From Thermoplasmata archaeon (GTDB lineage Archaea; Thermoplasmatota; Thermoplasmata; Lutacidiplasmatales; UBA184), in NCBI GenBank assembly GCA_021817245.1, contig JAKAVQ010000010.1:2722-66721 (forward strand): 64,000 nt of DNA, in the 5' to 3' direction. Shown here piece by piece: positions 41,566 through 51,384 of this stretch. The translations under genes and the position numbers were made by a program. Numbering within the stretch: position 1 is the first letter of the stretch; every line of letters begins with the position of its first letter. Below the pieces are notes generated by a model, which saw only the letters and a program-made list of their open reading frames with translations, was not told the DNA's origin and ran no database searches.

Positions 41566-42219
41566 CTAGGCGTAGCGGACGCGGCCGCGGATCGCCTTCG
41601 CCCGCGCTCGGACGGCCGACTCGCCGCGAGGATTCCCTTCGGCGTACCCCTCATGGAACGATCGGACGAGCTGGTCGGCGTTCGAGTGAAGCGCACGGAG
41701 GTCCTCCTCGACCAGATGGAGGTCGATCCCGAGCTCCTCGACGCCCGGGTTGCGCGAGCCCATCGACAGGTCGAGGAAGGCGGGCGGCTGGAGGGGGCCG
41801 TTCGGGAACAGAACGTTCGAGCTCGTGAGGTCACCGTGGGCGATCGACCCGGCGTGCAGTCGTCCCAGCGCGAGGCCGAATCCGCGGACGGCCGCGACCA
41901 CGGAGGAAGCCGGGATCGCGGGGTCCTCGAGGAGCTGGCGGAGCGTCGGTCCCGGCAGCTCCTCGAGAATCAACCGGTGGCGAGGGAGGTCGATGTCGTA
42001 GACGATCGGGGTCCGCACGCCGAGGCGACGCGCGTCGACGAGGAGACGCGCCTCGGTACGGGTCCGCTCGCGCCTCAGCCGCTCGTCGAGCGCCTTCGGA
42101 CGGTACGATTTGAGGTCGCGCTCCTTGAGGAGGGCCGGGAACCCCCACCAGTCGACCCGACGGATCGTGGCTTCCGCGCCGCGAGAGAGCGGCCGCTCGG
42201 CGGCGGGGGGGTCGTCCAT
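41566..42219 (-). CDS. bud32: KEOPS complex kinase Bud32
   Basis: RGAEA, KERDLKSYRPKALDERLRRERTRTEARLL, HGDLTSSN, ends IRGRVRYA. Confidence 0.9.
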   Translation of the reverse strand: MDDPPAAERPLSRGAEATIRRVDWWGFPALLKERDLKSYRPKALDERLRRERTRTEARLLVDARRLGVRTPIVYDIDLPRHRLILEELPGPTLRQLLEDPAIPASSVVAAVRGFGLALGRLHAGSIAHGDLTSSNVLFPNGPLQPPAFLDLSMGSRNPGVEELGIDLHLVEEDLRALHSNADQLVRSFHEGYAEGNPRGESAVRARAKAIRGRVRYA

Positions 42220-42225
42220 CGGACC

Positions 42226-43101
42226 CTAGCGGCCCTTCCGGGCCTGAAGGATGCGGGCGATCGCCTCGCGCGCGAGGCGAGCCGCGAGCGCGCTCGTGTT
42301 GCCGTTGTCGTAGTGCGGGCTCACTTCCATGATGTCGAGTCCCGCGAGCCGGGGGGCCGCTTGGTCGATGACATACTTCACGTCGCGGGGGGTGAGGCCG
42401 AACGGCTCGGGGGTGCCGGTACCCCCCGCGTAGGCAGGGTCGATCGCGTCGATGTCGAGCGAGATGTAGATCCGCTCCGTCTTCAGCATGTTCAACGCTC
42501 GCTGGACGGACGCCGAGATCCCCTCCTTCGCGATCTCGTGGGCGGTAACGATGGACATCCCGATCGACCGGTTGTCGTCGACCTCCTCGTGCGACACCGA
42601 CCGGACCCCGAGGACGACGATGTTGCGCGCGCCGACCTTCTCGAGGATCCGGCGGGAGGAGCAGGCGTGGCTGCGCGCGTCGCCGAGGTAGCTCGCGCGG
42701 AAGTCCATGTGCGCGTCCAGGTAGAGGACCCCCAGGCTCGGCGCGCCGTCCGGATACGCCTCGACGACCGGCGGAGAGCACGCGTGGTCCCCGCCGAGGA
42801 CGATCGGAACCTTCTTCGCCGCGTAGATCGGACGGATCTCCTCGCGCAGCGCCCCGACCATATCGGCCGCGCTGCCGAACTCCTCGGTGTTTCCGAGGTC
42901 GTGGATCGGGGCGTCCGAGAGGTCGATGCCGGTCTCGAGGTCGTAGGACTCGAAGTTCCACGAGTGTGTCCGGATCGAATCCGGACCGAAGCGGGCGCCC
43001 GGCCGGAACGATGTCGTGCGGTCGAACGGGACCCCCACGATGACGAACTCGGCGTCCTCGAAAGAGGCCCGGGCGTCGGCGAACGTCGTCGGCCGCTGCA
43101 C
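42226..43101 (-). CDS. speB: Agmatinase
   Basis: GVPFDRTTSFRPGARFGP, LGGDHA, DAHMDFR, SLDIDAIDP, GTGTPEPFG, MEVSP. Confidence 0.92.
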   Translation of the reverse strand: MQRPTTFADARASFEDAEFVIVGVPFDRTTSFRPGARFGPDSIRTHSWNFESYDLETGIDLSDAPIHDLGNTEEFGSAADMVGALREEIRPIYAAKKVPIVLGGDHACSPPVVEAYPDGAPSLGVLYLDAHMDFRASYLGDARSHACSSRRILEKVGARNIVVLGVRSVSHEEVDDNRSIGMSIVTAHEIAKEGISASVQRALNMLKTERIYISLDIDAIDPAYAGGTGTPEPFGLTPRDVKYVIDQAAPRLAGLDIMEVSPHYDNGNTSALAARLAREAIARILQARKGR

Positions 43102-43150
43102 GACGGGGCGACAACCGTGCCCTATAAGAATCGGCGCCTGGCCGGCGAGG

Positions 43151-44338
43151 CTACGGCGGGCCGTTCGCGGCCGCCGGCGGTCGGTGGAGGCGACCCCGAA
43201 CGGTCGGCCCGCCGTAGACGAGCTGAAGGGCGACCAACGAGACCACGGTCACCCCGATCGCCATCGCGAGGAGCCCGGGGTACCCGCCGAACTCGATCGC
43301 GACCGCGCCGACGAGCGGTCCGAGGCTCCAGAGCGAGGAGTTGACGAGGGCGAAGACGCCCAGGTACTCCGCCCGGCGGTCGGCCGGAGCTATCCGGGCG
43401 ACCCAAGCGCTCATCGCCGGGTTGAGCCAAGAGATCCCCGCGCTGCGAACCGCCTGGGCGGGAACGACCTCCTCCCACGTCGTCGCGGCCAGGAAGATCC
43501 CATACGCGGCGAGGCTCAGGACCGTCCCGTACCAGATCCCGCGGATCTCGCCGAAACGGTCGACCAGCCGCCCGAGGGGGAGCGAAATGACGGCGGCGGT
43601 CAGCAGACCTCCGACGGCGACCAGGCTCACCTCGAAGCTGTTCGCGCCGAGGCCTGCGGCGAGGAAACCGTAGAACGTCGCCACCGCTCCGCTCCCGATC
43701 GAGCGGACCGACACCACGAGCGAGAACGACACGACGGGCTTGAGCTCGCTCAACGGGCGGCTCCGCGCGCGGGGGCGCTCGAGGCGGACGTCGGGGACGA
43801 GGAAGACCACCACGAGGAGCGTCCCGACCATGATCGCGACGACGAACGGGAAGAGCGCCTCGAGGCCGAACGCGAGCGTGACGACGCCGGCGACCAGAAA
43901 CCCCGCGACCCCACCCGCGTTCGACGTGGCGTTGAGGAGCCCGTACCCTTCGCCGCGTTCCTGGGTTCGGGTGAGGTCCGCGACGTACGCGGTGTAGGCC
44001 GGTCCCCCGATCGCGAGGAGGACGACGGCGGTGATGAAGAGCCCGCCGGCGAAGAGATACCCCGGAGCGAACGTGATCGCGAGGAAGACGGGGAGCGCGG
44101 CCGCCTCGCCGACCAGGAGGAACGGTCGCCGGCGACCCCACCGGTCGGAAAGGCGGCCGACCCAGGGGCCGATCAGGCTCGCGGGCAGCCAGCCGAGGGT
44201 GAGGATCGTCAGCGCGATCGGGAGGGTCGCCCCTTTCACCTCGACAAGGTACAGCGGCAGGAAGACGAGGAACAGGCCTCCGCGGTTGCTCGCGAGGAGC
44301 GAGTAGAGCGAGAGCGACAGGAGCTGGCGCGAAACCAT
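43151..44338 (-). CDS. MFS transporter
   Basis: About 12 TMs; motif A GRLSDRWGRRRP and its second copy GRLVDRFG. Confidence 0.9.
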   Translation of the reverse strand: MVSRQLLSLSLYSLLASNRGGLFLVFLPLYLVEVKGATLPIALTILTLGWLPASLIGPWVGRLSDRWGRRRPFLLVGEAAALPVFLAITFAPGYLFAGGLFITAVVLLAIGGPAYTAYVADLTRTQERGEGYGLLNATSNAGGVAGFLVAGVVTLAFGLEALFPFVVAIMVGTLLVVVFLVPDVRLERPRARSRPLSELKPVVSFSLVVSVRSIGSGAVATFYGFLAAGLGANSFEVSLVAVGGLLTAAVISLPLGRLVDRFGEIRGIWYGTVLSLAAYGIFLAATTWEEVVPAQAVRSAGISWLNPAMSAWVARIAPADRRAEYLGVFALVNSSLWSLGPLVGAVAIEFGGYPGLLAMAIGVTVVSLVALQLVYGGPTVRGRLHRPPAAANGPP

Positions 44339-44516
44339 GCGCGCGCGAGAAGGGCCGGCTACTTACGTCCAAGCGCCTCCGCACCGCCGGGACCTTCACA
44401 GACCCGAGGGGAGCGGTCGGGGATCCGACGAGGGTGAGGTCGCGCCGGTTCCGCCCCGAGAAAGGGCGGGGCGGGGGACGCATTAAGAGGGGGTATCCGC
44501 CTCTCCCCGACGGGAG

Positions 44517-45308
44517 ATGTCGATGGCCGAGGGAGAGAAGGTCGGACGCCGGAGCGAAGGGGGCGGCGTCGAGATCCTGGTGATGAAGAACCCGCCGGTG
44601 AACGCGCTGAGCACCGCGCTCCTCGCCGACCTCCGCCGCGAGGTCGAGGCGCTCGGAGCGGACGCGGAAGTACGGGCGGTGATCCTCACGGGCGACGGCC
44701 AGTACTTCAGCGCCGGGGCCGACCTCAAGGAGATGGCCACGATGGACCTCGCGAACGCCCCGGCGGTCGTCCGCCGCGGCCACGAGCTCTTCGGTCAGAT
44801 CGCGGGCCTCCCGGTCCCGGTGATTGCCGCGGTCAACGGCCTCGCGCTCGGCGGCGGCCTCGAGCTCGCGCTCGCCTGCGACCTCCGGGTCGCGGGCGAG
44901 TCGGCCAAGCTGGGGGCTCCCGAGGTCAACTACGGACTCATGCCGGCGTACGGCGGCACCCAGCGGCTGCCGCGGCTCGTCGGGGTCTCGAAGGCGAAGG
45001 AGCTCATCTTCACCGGGGCGATGATCTCGGCGGCGGAAGCGCTCAAGATCGGCCTCGTCAACAAGACCGTCCCGGCGGGCCAAGAGTTGCGCGCCGCTCG
45101 CGACCTCGCGCACACGATCGCCGAGCGCGCCCCCAAGGCCGTCCGGGCGGCCAAGCGATCGATCTCGGAGGGGATCCAGCTCCCGCTCGCCGAAGGGATC
45201 GAGGGGGAGGCGCGCCTCTTCGAGACCGAAGTGCTCCCGAGCCAGGACCTCGCCGAGGGTATCGTCGCCTTCGCCGAGCGCCGCCCGCCCAAGTTCCGGG
45301 GGGAGTGA
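44517..45308 (+). CDS. Enoyl-CoA hydratase/crotonase
   Basis: PPVNAL, FSAGADLKE, AVNGLALGGGLELALACD, PEVNYGLMPAYGGTQRL. Confidence 0.94.
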   Translation: MSMAEGEKVGRRSEGGGVEILVMKNPPVNALSTALLADLRREVEALGADAEVRAVILTGDGQYFSAGADLKEMATMDLANAPAVVRRGHELFGQIAGLPVPVIAAVNGLALGGGLELALACDLRVAGESAKLGAPEVNYGLMPAYGGTQRLPRLVGVSKAKELIFTGAMISAAEALKIGLVNKTVPAGQELRAARDLAHTIAERAPKAVRAAKRSISEGIQLPLAEGIEGEARLFETEVLPSQDLAEGIVAFAERRPPKFRGE

Positions 45309-46504
45309 CCGTGGCGATCGAGTTCTCGTTCACCGCCGACCAGGAGGCCTTCCGCGACGCGGTGCGCGCGTTCCTCGCGAAGGAGGTCGCCCCGGTCGTG
45401 GCCGAGATGGACGAAACGGAGGAGTTCCCGACCGCGACCGTGCGCCGGATGCAGGAGGAAGGATATTTCGGCGTCCCGATCCCCGAGGAGTACGGCGGGC
45501 TCGGCCTCGGGAAGGTCGGCTACTGCCTCTTCCTCGAAGAGCTCGGGAAGGTCGACGCCTCCCACGGCACGATCGTCGGGGCGCACACGTCCCTCGGCAC
45601 GACGCCGCTCCTCTCGTACGGGACCGAGGAGCAAAAGCAGCGTTGGCTCGTTCCCGCGGCGAAGGGCGAGAAGCTGCTCGCCTTCAGCCTGACCGAGCCC
45701 GGATCGGGCAGCGACTCCGGGGCGGTCCACACGGTCGCGGAAAAGCACGGCGACGGCTTCTCGATCACCGGCAACAAGATCTACGTGTCGAACGGTCGCG
45801 AAGCCGACACGGTCGTGCTGATGGCCGCGAACAACGTCTCGCTCGGCCCGAACGGCGGCGTGACGGCGTTCCTCGTCGACACGGACCTCCCCGGCTTCAA
45901 GGTCGGACGGTGCGAGAAGAAGATGGGCCTCCACGGCACGTCGACGGCGGAGCTGATCCTCGACCACGTCGAGGTCGGCCCGGACCGCGTCCTCGGCGAG
46001 GTCGGCAAAGGGTTCCACGTCGCGATGACCGCGCTCGACGTCGGCCGGGTCTCGCTCGGTGCCGCGTCGCTCGGTGGCATGCAGGCCGCTACCCAGCAGG
46101 CGGTCGACTTCTCGAAGAATCGCACCCAGTTCGGTCTTCCCATCAGCGAGTACGAGGCGATCCAGTTCAAGATCGCCGACATGGCGATGCGGATCTCGGC
46201 GCTCCGCTACCTCGTGTACCACGCCGCCGCGCGCCAGGACCGGATGGGCCCCGACCCGAAGTCGTGGAGCCGGCTCGAGCGGTACGACAAGACCCGAGAG
46301 GCGGCGACCGTGAAGTGCCTCGCGTCGGAGTGGGCGAGCGAGGTGATCGACGAGGCGCTCCAGATCCACGGCGGGCTCGGTTACATCCGCGGGACGCCGA
46401 TCGAGCGGGCGTACCGCGACGCCCGCATCAGCGAGATCTTCGAGGGGACCAACGAGATCCAGCGCCTCGTCGTCTCGCGCGACGTCCTCGGCCGGGGGCT
46501 CTAG
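45305..46504 (+). CDS. Acyl-CoA dehydrogenase
   Basis: FSLTEPGSGSD, KKMGLHGTST, QIHGGLGY, ERAYRDARISEIFEGTNEIQR. Confidence 0.94.
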   Translation: MTVAIEFSFTADQEAFRDAVRAFLAKEVAPVVAEMDETEEFPTATVRRMQEEGYFGVPIPEEYGGLGLGKVGYCLFLEELGKVDASHGTIVGAHTSLGTTPLLSYGTEEQKQRWLVPAAKGEKLLAFSLTEPGSGSDSGAVHTVAEKHGDGFSITGNKIYVSNGREADTVVLMAANNVSLGPNGGVTAFLVDTDLPGFKVGRCEKKMGLHGTSTAELILDHVEVGPDRVLGEVGKGFHVAMTALDVGRVSLGAASLGGMQAATQQAVDFSKNRTQFGLPISEYEAIQFKIADMAMRISALRYLVYHAAARQDRMGPDPKSWSRLERYDKTREAATVKCLASEWASEVIDEALQIHGGLGYIRGTPIERAYRDARISEIFEGTNEIQRLVVSRDVLGRGL

Positions 46505-46695
46505 GCTCCCGGGACCCCTCCCGTCCTTCCGCCGACGCGGGAGCGGCGCGCTCGCCGTCGTCCGGGATTCGGCGGCGGACGAGAGCCCACGGGGGACCCG
46601 GTTACCGCCGGGGCGAGGGCAGGAGATCGGGGCCCCGCCCGCGGAACGGGCCAAGAACGCGAGATGGGCCGAGCGGGCCGTCCCCGGGAGCCGGG

Positions 46696-48444
46696 TCACG
46701 CGCCGGTCCGGCGCGGCGGAGGGCGAGCCTCCGGTCGCTGCGCCTCGGAAGGACTCGACGGGTTCGAGGTCGGTTCGCGCAGCACCCGGCGCAGGACCTT
46801 CTGCACGCCGCTGCGCGGCAGACTGTCCCGGAACTCGACCGTCCGCGGCGCCTTATAGTGAGCGATCCGCTCGCGCACGAACGCGATCAGCTCCTCCGCC
46901 GTGACGGCCGCGCCGGGCTTCCGCACGACGAACGCTTTGACGACCTCGCCGTGCTCCTCGTCGGGGACCCCGATCGCGGCGGCGTCGGCCACCGCCGGGT
47001 GCTGGAAGAGGACCTCCTCGACCTCGCGCGGGTAGACCTTGAGGCCCGAGACGTTGATCATGTCCTTCTTGCGGTCGACGATGTACGCGTAGCCGTCCGC
47101 GTCGATCCGGGCGATATCGCCGGTGAGGAACCACCCGTCCTCGAGCACCGCGGCGGTCTCTTCGGGCTGGTGGTAGTAACCCAGCATCACCTGCGGCCCC
47201 CGGACGCTGAGCTCGCCGACCTCGTCGGGCCCGAGCACCCGGTGGGGGTCCTCCGGGTCGACGATCCGCTCCTCCGTGTTCGGCAGCGGCAGTCCGATCG
47301 ACCCGGCCCGACGCTCGCCGGCGACCGGGTTCACGTGCGTCGCCGGCGAAGTCTCGGAGAGCCCGTACCCCTCGACCAGGCTCGCCCCGGTCAGCGCCTC
47401 GAACCGCCGCGCGACCTCGAGGGGCAGCGGGGCCGACCCGCTGAGGCAGAACTTGATCGAGTGGATCCGGAAGCTGGCGACGTCCGGCTGCTGGTTGAAC
47501 GCCTGGTAGAGCGCGGGGACGCCGGGGAACTGCGTCGGGCGGTACCGGTCGATCAGCCGGAGAAGTTCCCGGATCTCGGGCCGGGTCTGGATGACGACGG
47601 TCGCCCCGTCGGCGAGGCCCATCAGCATCCCGACCGTGAGGCCGTAGATGTGGAAGAACGGGATCGCGGCGACGAGGGTCTCGGACCCCGAGATCCGGGT
47701 CGTGTTCCACGTGTTCGCCTGCGTTACGTTGGCGACGAGGTTGCGGTGGCTCAGCATCGCCGCTTTCGGTCGGCCGGTCGTTCCTCCCGTGTACTGGAGG
47801 ACGGCCACGGTGGTCGAGGGAGCGGCCCGGTAGAGGGGAGGGGCTCCCGGCGTCCGGAGGGCCGCCCTCAGCGGACGGATCGACGGACCCTCCGGGAAGG
47901 CGGTCGGCATCCGCTGCCGGCGGAGCACGCGATTGACGAACGGGCGGGCGTACCAGGGATAGAGGTCGCGCAACCGGCCGACGTACGCGACCGGCACCTC
48001 GTGCTCCGAGCGCACCTTCGCCAGGTTCGGGTAGAGGATCTCGAGCGTCACGATCGCCTTCGGCTCGGAGTCGCGGAGGAGCCGCACAAGGTCCTGCCCG
48101 ATGTAGAGGGGGCTCACCTGGACCGCGATCGCGCCGAGCCTGAGGATCCCGAAGAGCGCGATGGGGTAGGCGGGGCAGTTCGGCAAGTAGATCGCGACGC
48201 GGTCCCCCGGGCCGATCCCGTCCCGAGCGAGCGCCGCCGCGAACCCTTCGCTCTCCCGCCAGAAGCGACGGTAGGTCCAGGTGGCTCCGTAGTAGACGAG
48301 CGCCGTCCGGTCGCCCCACTTCTCAGCGCTCTCGGCGACGAGCTCGGTGAGCATGCGGTCCGGGATCTCGATCCGCGGAGGCACTCCGGCCGGGTAGCGC
48401 CGGACCCACACCGGTGGCACTTCCGGGGTCGGCGAGCTGGCCAT
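46696..48444 (-). CDS. fadD: Long-chain-fatty-acid--CoA ligase
   Basis: LQYTGGTTGRPK, EGYGLSETSP, GPQVMLGY, TGDIA, DRKKDMI, VYPREVEE, LPRSGVQK. Confidence 0.92.
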   Translation of the reverse strand: MASSPTPEVPPVWVRRYPAGVPPRIEIPDRMLTELVAESAEKWGDRTALVYYGATWTYRRFWRESEGFAAALARDGIGPGDRVAIYLPNCPAYPIALFGILRLGAIAVQVSPLYIGQDLVRLLRDSEPKAIVTLEILYPNLAKVRSEHEVPVAYVGRLRDLYPWYARPFVNRVLRRQRMPTAFPEGPSIRPLRAALRTPGAPPLYRAAPSTTVAVLQYTGGTTGRPKAAMLSHRNLVANVTQANTWNTTRISGSETLVAAIPFFHIYGLTVGMLMGLADGATVVIQTRPEIRELLRLIDRYRPTQFPGVPALYQAFNQQPDVASFRIHSIKFCLSGSAPLPLEVARRFEALTGASLVEGYGLSETSPATHVNPVAGERRAGSIGLPLPNTEERIVDPEDPHRVLGPDEVGELSVRGPQVMLGYYHQPEETAAVLEDGWFLTGDIARIDADGYAYIVDRKKDMINVSGLKVYPREVEEVLFQHPAVADAAAIGVPDEEHGEVVKAFVVRKPGAAVTAEELIAFVRERIAHYKAPRTVEFRDSLPRSGVQKVLRRVLREPTSNPSSPSEAQRPEARPPPRRTGA

Positions 48445-48450
48445 CCGTTC

Positions 48451-48861
48451 CTACCCCGTCGCGGTCGGCCCGGGGTCCTTGGCGAATTGCACGCCCGGCT
48501 TATAACTCGGTACGAACCGGACGCGCTCGCCGATCGACAGGTCCGCCTCGCGCCGCACGGCCGGCATCCATCCGGTGACGCGGCCGCCGCCGTCGAGCTC
48601 GACGACGACGTAGGCGTACGGCGCATCGTTGAGAAACTCGTCGCCCGGCACGCTGAGAACGGTGAACGCGGCGACCTTCCCGGTCGGTGCGAGCTCGGTC
48701 TCGACGAGGTCGGCCGCCCCGCACCGGGAGCACGCGAGCCCCCAGGTCGCGGTGACGAGCCCGCACGCCGGGCAGCGGAACCCCCTCAGCTTCCCCGCGT
48801 CCTCGTAGGCGTGGACGAACTCGTCGATCGTGTGCGGCGCGGACGGTAGCGGTTCGGACAT
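48451..48861 (-). CDS. DUF35/ChsH2-like Zn-ribbon OB-fold protein
   Basis: RCPACG..ACSRCG, GKVAAFT, PYAYVVVEL; directly downstream of the thiolase. Confidence 0.88.
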   Translation of the reverse strand: MSEPLPSAPHTIDEFVHAYEDAGKLRGFRCPACGLVTATWGLACSRCGAADLVETELAPTGKVAAFTVLSVPGDEFLNDAPYAYVVVELDGGGRVTGWMPAVRREADLSIGERVRFVPSYKPGVQFAKDPGPTATG

Positions 48862-48879
48862 GGTGGATCCCCCCTCGGT

Positions 48880-50034
48880 CTAACGGCGGGCGAAGATGTG
48901 GACGGAGCACGAGCCGCCCGTTGCGCCGACGTTGTGGGCGAGGGCGGTCTCGGTCTTCGGCACCTCTCGGCCCTTCGCGAGGCCGTTCACCTGCTCGAAG
49001 ATCTCCACGACCTGGCTCGCCCCAGTCGCGCTCACCGGATGGCCCTTCGCTTTGAGACCACCGGACGAGTTCACCGGGAGCGAGCCGTCCCGGGTGGTCG
49101 TCCCTTCTTGGGCGGCCGACGCCGCCGAACCCTTCGGGAAGAACCCGAGGTCCTCCAGCGCGAGCACCTCGGCGATCGTGAAACAATCGTGGACCTCGAG
49201 GAAGTCGATGTCCTTCGGCTCCATCTTGGCCTGACGGAACGCTTTCGCGGCCGCGGTCCGGGTCGCCGGGAGGCCCAGAAGGTCGGGTCGGTCCTGCATG
49301 TCGGTGACCGAGCCCGAGCGCGCGCTCGCCCGAACGACCAACGGCTCGGTCACGGGCGACTTCATCACGTCCTTCGCGGCCACGACGACCGCCGCGGCGC
49401 CGTCGGAGAACGGGCAGCAGTCGTAGAGGCGCAGGGGGGTCGCGATCATCGGCGAGGCGAGGTACGTGGCCATCGAGATCTCCTTCTGGAAGTGGGCGTG
49501 GGGGTTCCGGGCCGCGTTCGCGTGGTTCTTCACCGCGATTGCGCCGAACATCTCGTCCTTGGTCGGGAACGCCTGGCGGTACGCGCTCGCGAGGGTCGCA
49601 TACAGGCCGGGGAACGTCGCACCGTTCTTCGTTTCGAACGCGTAGTCCGCGGCGATCGCGAAGTAGCTCGTCGCCGACAGCGTGTCCATGTGCGAGAGCT
49701 TCTCGGCGCCGACGACGAGCGCGGCGTCGATGAACCCACCCGCGACCTGGACGAACGCCTCGTGGAGCGCAGCGCTCGACGAGGAGCACGCCGATTCAAG
49801 CGTGACGGACGGGACGTCGGGGATCCCGAGGCCGTTGTTGATGAGCGGGCCGACGTGCGCCTGGTGCTCGGAGATCCCGAACGCGTTCGCGACGAACGTG
49901 TAGCCGATGTCCTTCGGTGCGAGCCCGGCCTGACGGATCGCCTGCAGGGAGACCCGGGTGGCCGCCTCGCGGCCGGTCTCGCTCATCTTCCCGAAGCGAT
50001 TCGAGGCCGCCCCCACCACCCACGTCTCGCGCAT
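48880..50034 (-). CDS. Archaeal-type (SCP2-like) thiolase
   Basis: ESACSSS, KNHANAARNP, DCCPFSDGAAA, EVHDCFTIAE, SGGLKAKGHPVSATG, HNVG. Confidence 0.92.
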   Translation of the reverse strand: MRETWVVGAASNRFGKMSETGREAATRVSLQAIRQAGLAPKDIGYTFVANAFGISEHQAHVGPLINNGLGIPDVPSVTLESACSSSSAALHEAFVQVAGGFIDAALVVGAEKLSHMDTLSATSYFAIAADYAFETKNGATFPGLYATLASAYRQAFPTKDEMFGAIAVKNHANAARNPHAHFQKEISMATYLASPMIATPLRLYDCCPFSDGAAAVVVAAKDVMKSPVTEPLVVRASARSGSVTDMQDRPDLLGLPATRTAAAKAFRQAKMEPKDIDFLEVHDCFTIAEVLALEDLGFFPKGSAASAAQEGTTTRDGSLPVNSSGGLKAKGHPVSATGASQVVEIFEQVNGLAKGREVPKTETALAHNVGATGGSCSVHIFARR

Positions 50035-50076
50035 GGTGCTCCGGTGCGACCTAGGACTGGGGCGGGTTTAACGCTG

Positions 50077-50397
50077 CTACCTCCGACCCGGGTCCGGAAC
50101 GCTCCCCGAGGGGAGTCGCGCGTCCGGGGGGGAGGCGGGGAGGTCGAGGAGCCCGCGAAGTCGGGCGAACGAGTGCTCGGCGAGCGCGAGGTCCGGGGTC
50201 TTGAACAGAAGCCGTCCGCTCTGGCCGATCGTCACGTCGACCTCGAGGGCCGCGATCAACATTACCCGCGCGTCCACGAACTCGACGCCGGCCGCCGTGA
50301 GTCTTCGCCGAGCTTCGGAAAGGTCGAGCGGTCGCGGTGGGTCGGGAACTGCTTCGAACCCACCGCGGTTCGAGCAGAGGGTAAGCGTGCGGTACAC
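50077..50397 (-). CDS. Small hypothetical alpha/beta protein
   Basis: LCSNRGGFEAVP..LDL..VTIGQSGRLLFKT; genome-typical codon usage; start uncertain. Confidence 0.6.
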   Translation of the reverse strand: MYRTLTLCSNRGGFEAVPDPPRPLDLSEARRRLTAAGVEFVDARVMLIAALEVDVTIGQSGRLLFKTPDLALAEHSFARLRGLLDLPASPPDARLPSGSVPDPGRR

Positions 50398-50592
50398 GGG
50401 TCGATCCCTTCCGCTCGAGGCACCTCGGGCTCTTGGGGGTTGTCGTCCCCTCATCGGCGCGAGTCGGTACGATCGGCGAGGGTCCGCGACCCCGATACAG
50501 CCCGCCCGAGTTCCGCCGGCCGAACGGGACGCTACCCCGACCGCGGGTCGGCGAGAGCCGGGAAGGAGTTCGGGCCGGGACCGTCGGAGCGC

Positions 50593-51207
50593 TCAGCGGG
50601 CCATCGGGGCACCACACTTCGCACAGAACATGGCGCCCGGCGCGTTCGGCGAACCGCACGACGAGCAGAACTTCTGGCCCGGCGTCGCCGGCGCCGCACC
50701 CGTCACCGCCGCCGGGGGGGCGACCGGGGCACCCGCGTAGGCAGCGCCGCCCGACATCTGGTTTCGTTGCCAGCTGATCAGCGGGTCGAACTTCAGGTAG
50801 GCGATGAGCAGGAGGATGCCGAGGAGGATCCCGCCGATGATGAACCCGAGGATCATCCACACCAGGGTCTTCGACTTGGCGGACTCGTACTGGTGCTGGT
50901 TGACGAGTCCCTCGATCTCCTTCATCTTGAGGTAGATGATGACGTCGACCACCCCCCAGATCACGACGAAGAACGGGAAGATGAGCAGGCCTCCGAGAGC
51001 CCCGCCGCAGTAGAGCCCGACCGTGGAGGTACACGCCGCGTACGCGGCGTAGACCACGGCCACGTACGCGATCCCGCCGATGAACAGGAGGATCCCGAAG
51101 ATGACCGCGAGGATCCGCACGATGTGGAGCATCGAGCGGACCGACTGAGCTTCGGGTGGTTCCATACCGGCGGGTGCCGGGGCACCGGCGTACGGTTGAT
51201 ATCCCAT
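50593..51207 (-). CDS. Membrane protein with C-terminal zinc ribbon
   Basis: 3-4 TMs, Pro/Ala linker, KFCSSCGSPNAPGAMFCAKCG. Confidence 0.82.
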   Translation of the reverse strand: MGYQPYAGAPAPAGMEPPEAQSVRSMLHIVRILAVIFGILLFIGGIAYVAVVYAAYAACTSTVGLYCGGALGGLLIFPFFVVIWGVVDVIIYLKMKEIEGLVNQHQYESAKSKTLVWMILGFIIGGILLGILLLIAYLKFDPLISWQRNQMSGGAAYAGAPVAPPAAVTGAAPATPGQKFCSSCGSPNAPGAMFCAKCGAPMAR

Positions 51208-51384
51208 GTTACTGCGCTCTCCGCCGAGAGGGAACATGACCCTGTTGATAGACCCTTCGTTCGCTGCAGGAATCATCCGCCTCGGCGCGGCCCCGGCGTC
51301 CGACCGCTCCGGGGCGATCGGAGCGCGTTGGGAACCCTCGGCCGGGACCGCACGGTCCGGAAAGGGCGGCGCCCCTCTCCGGGC

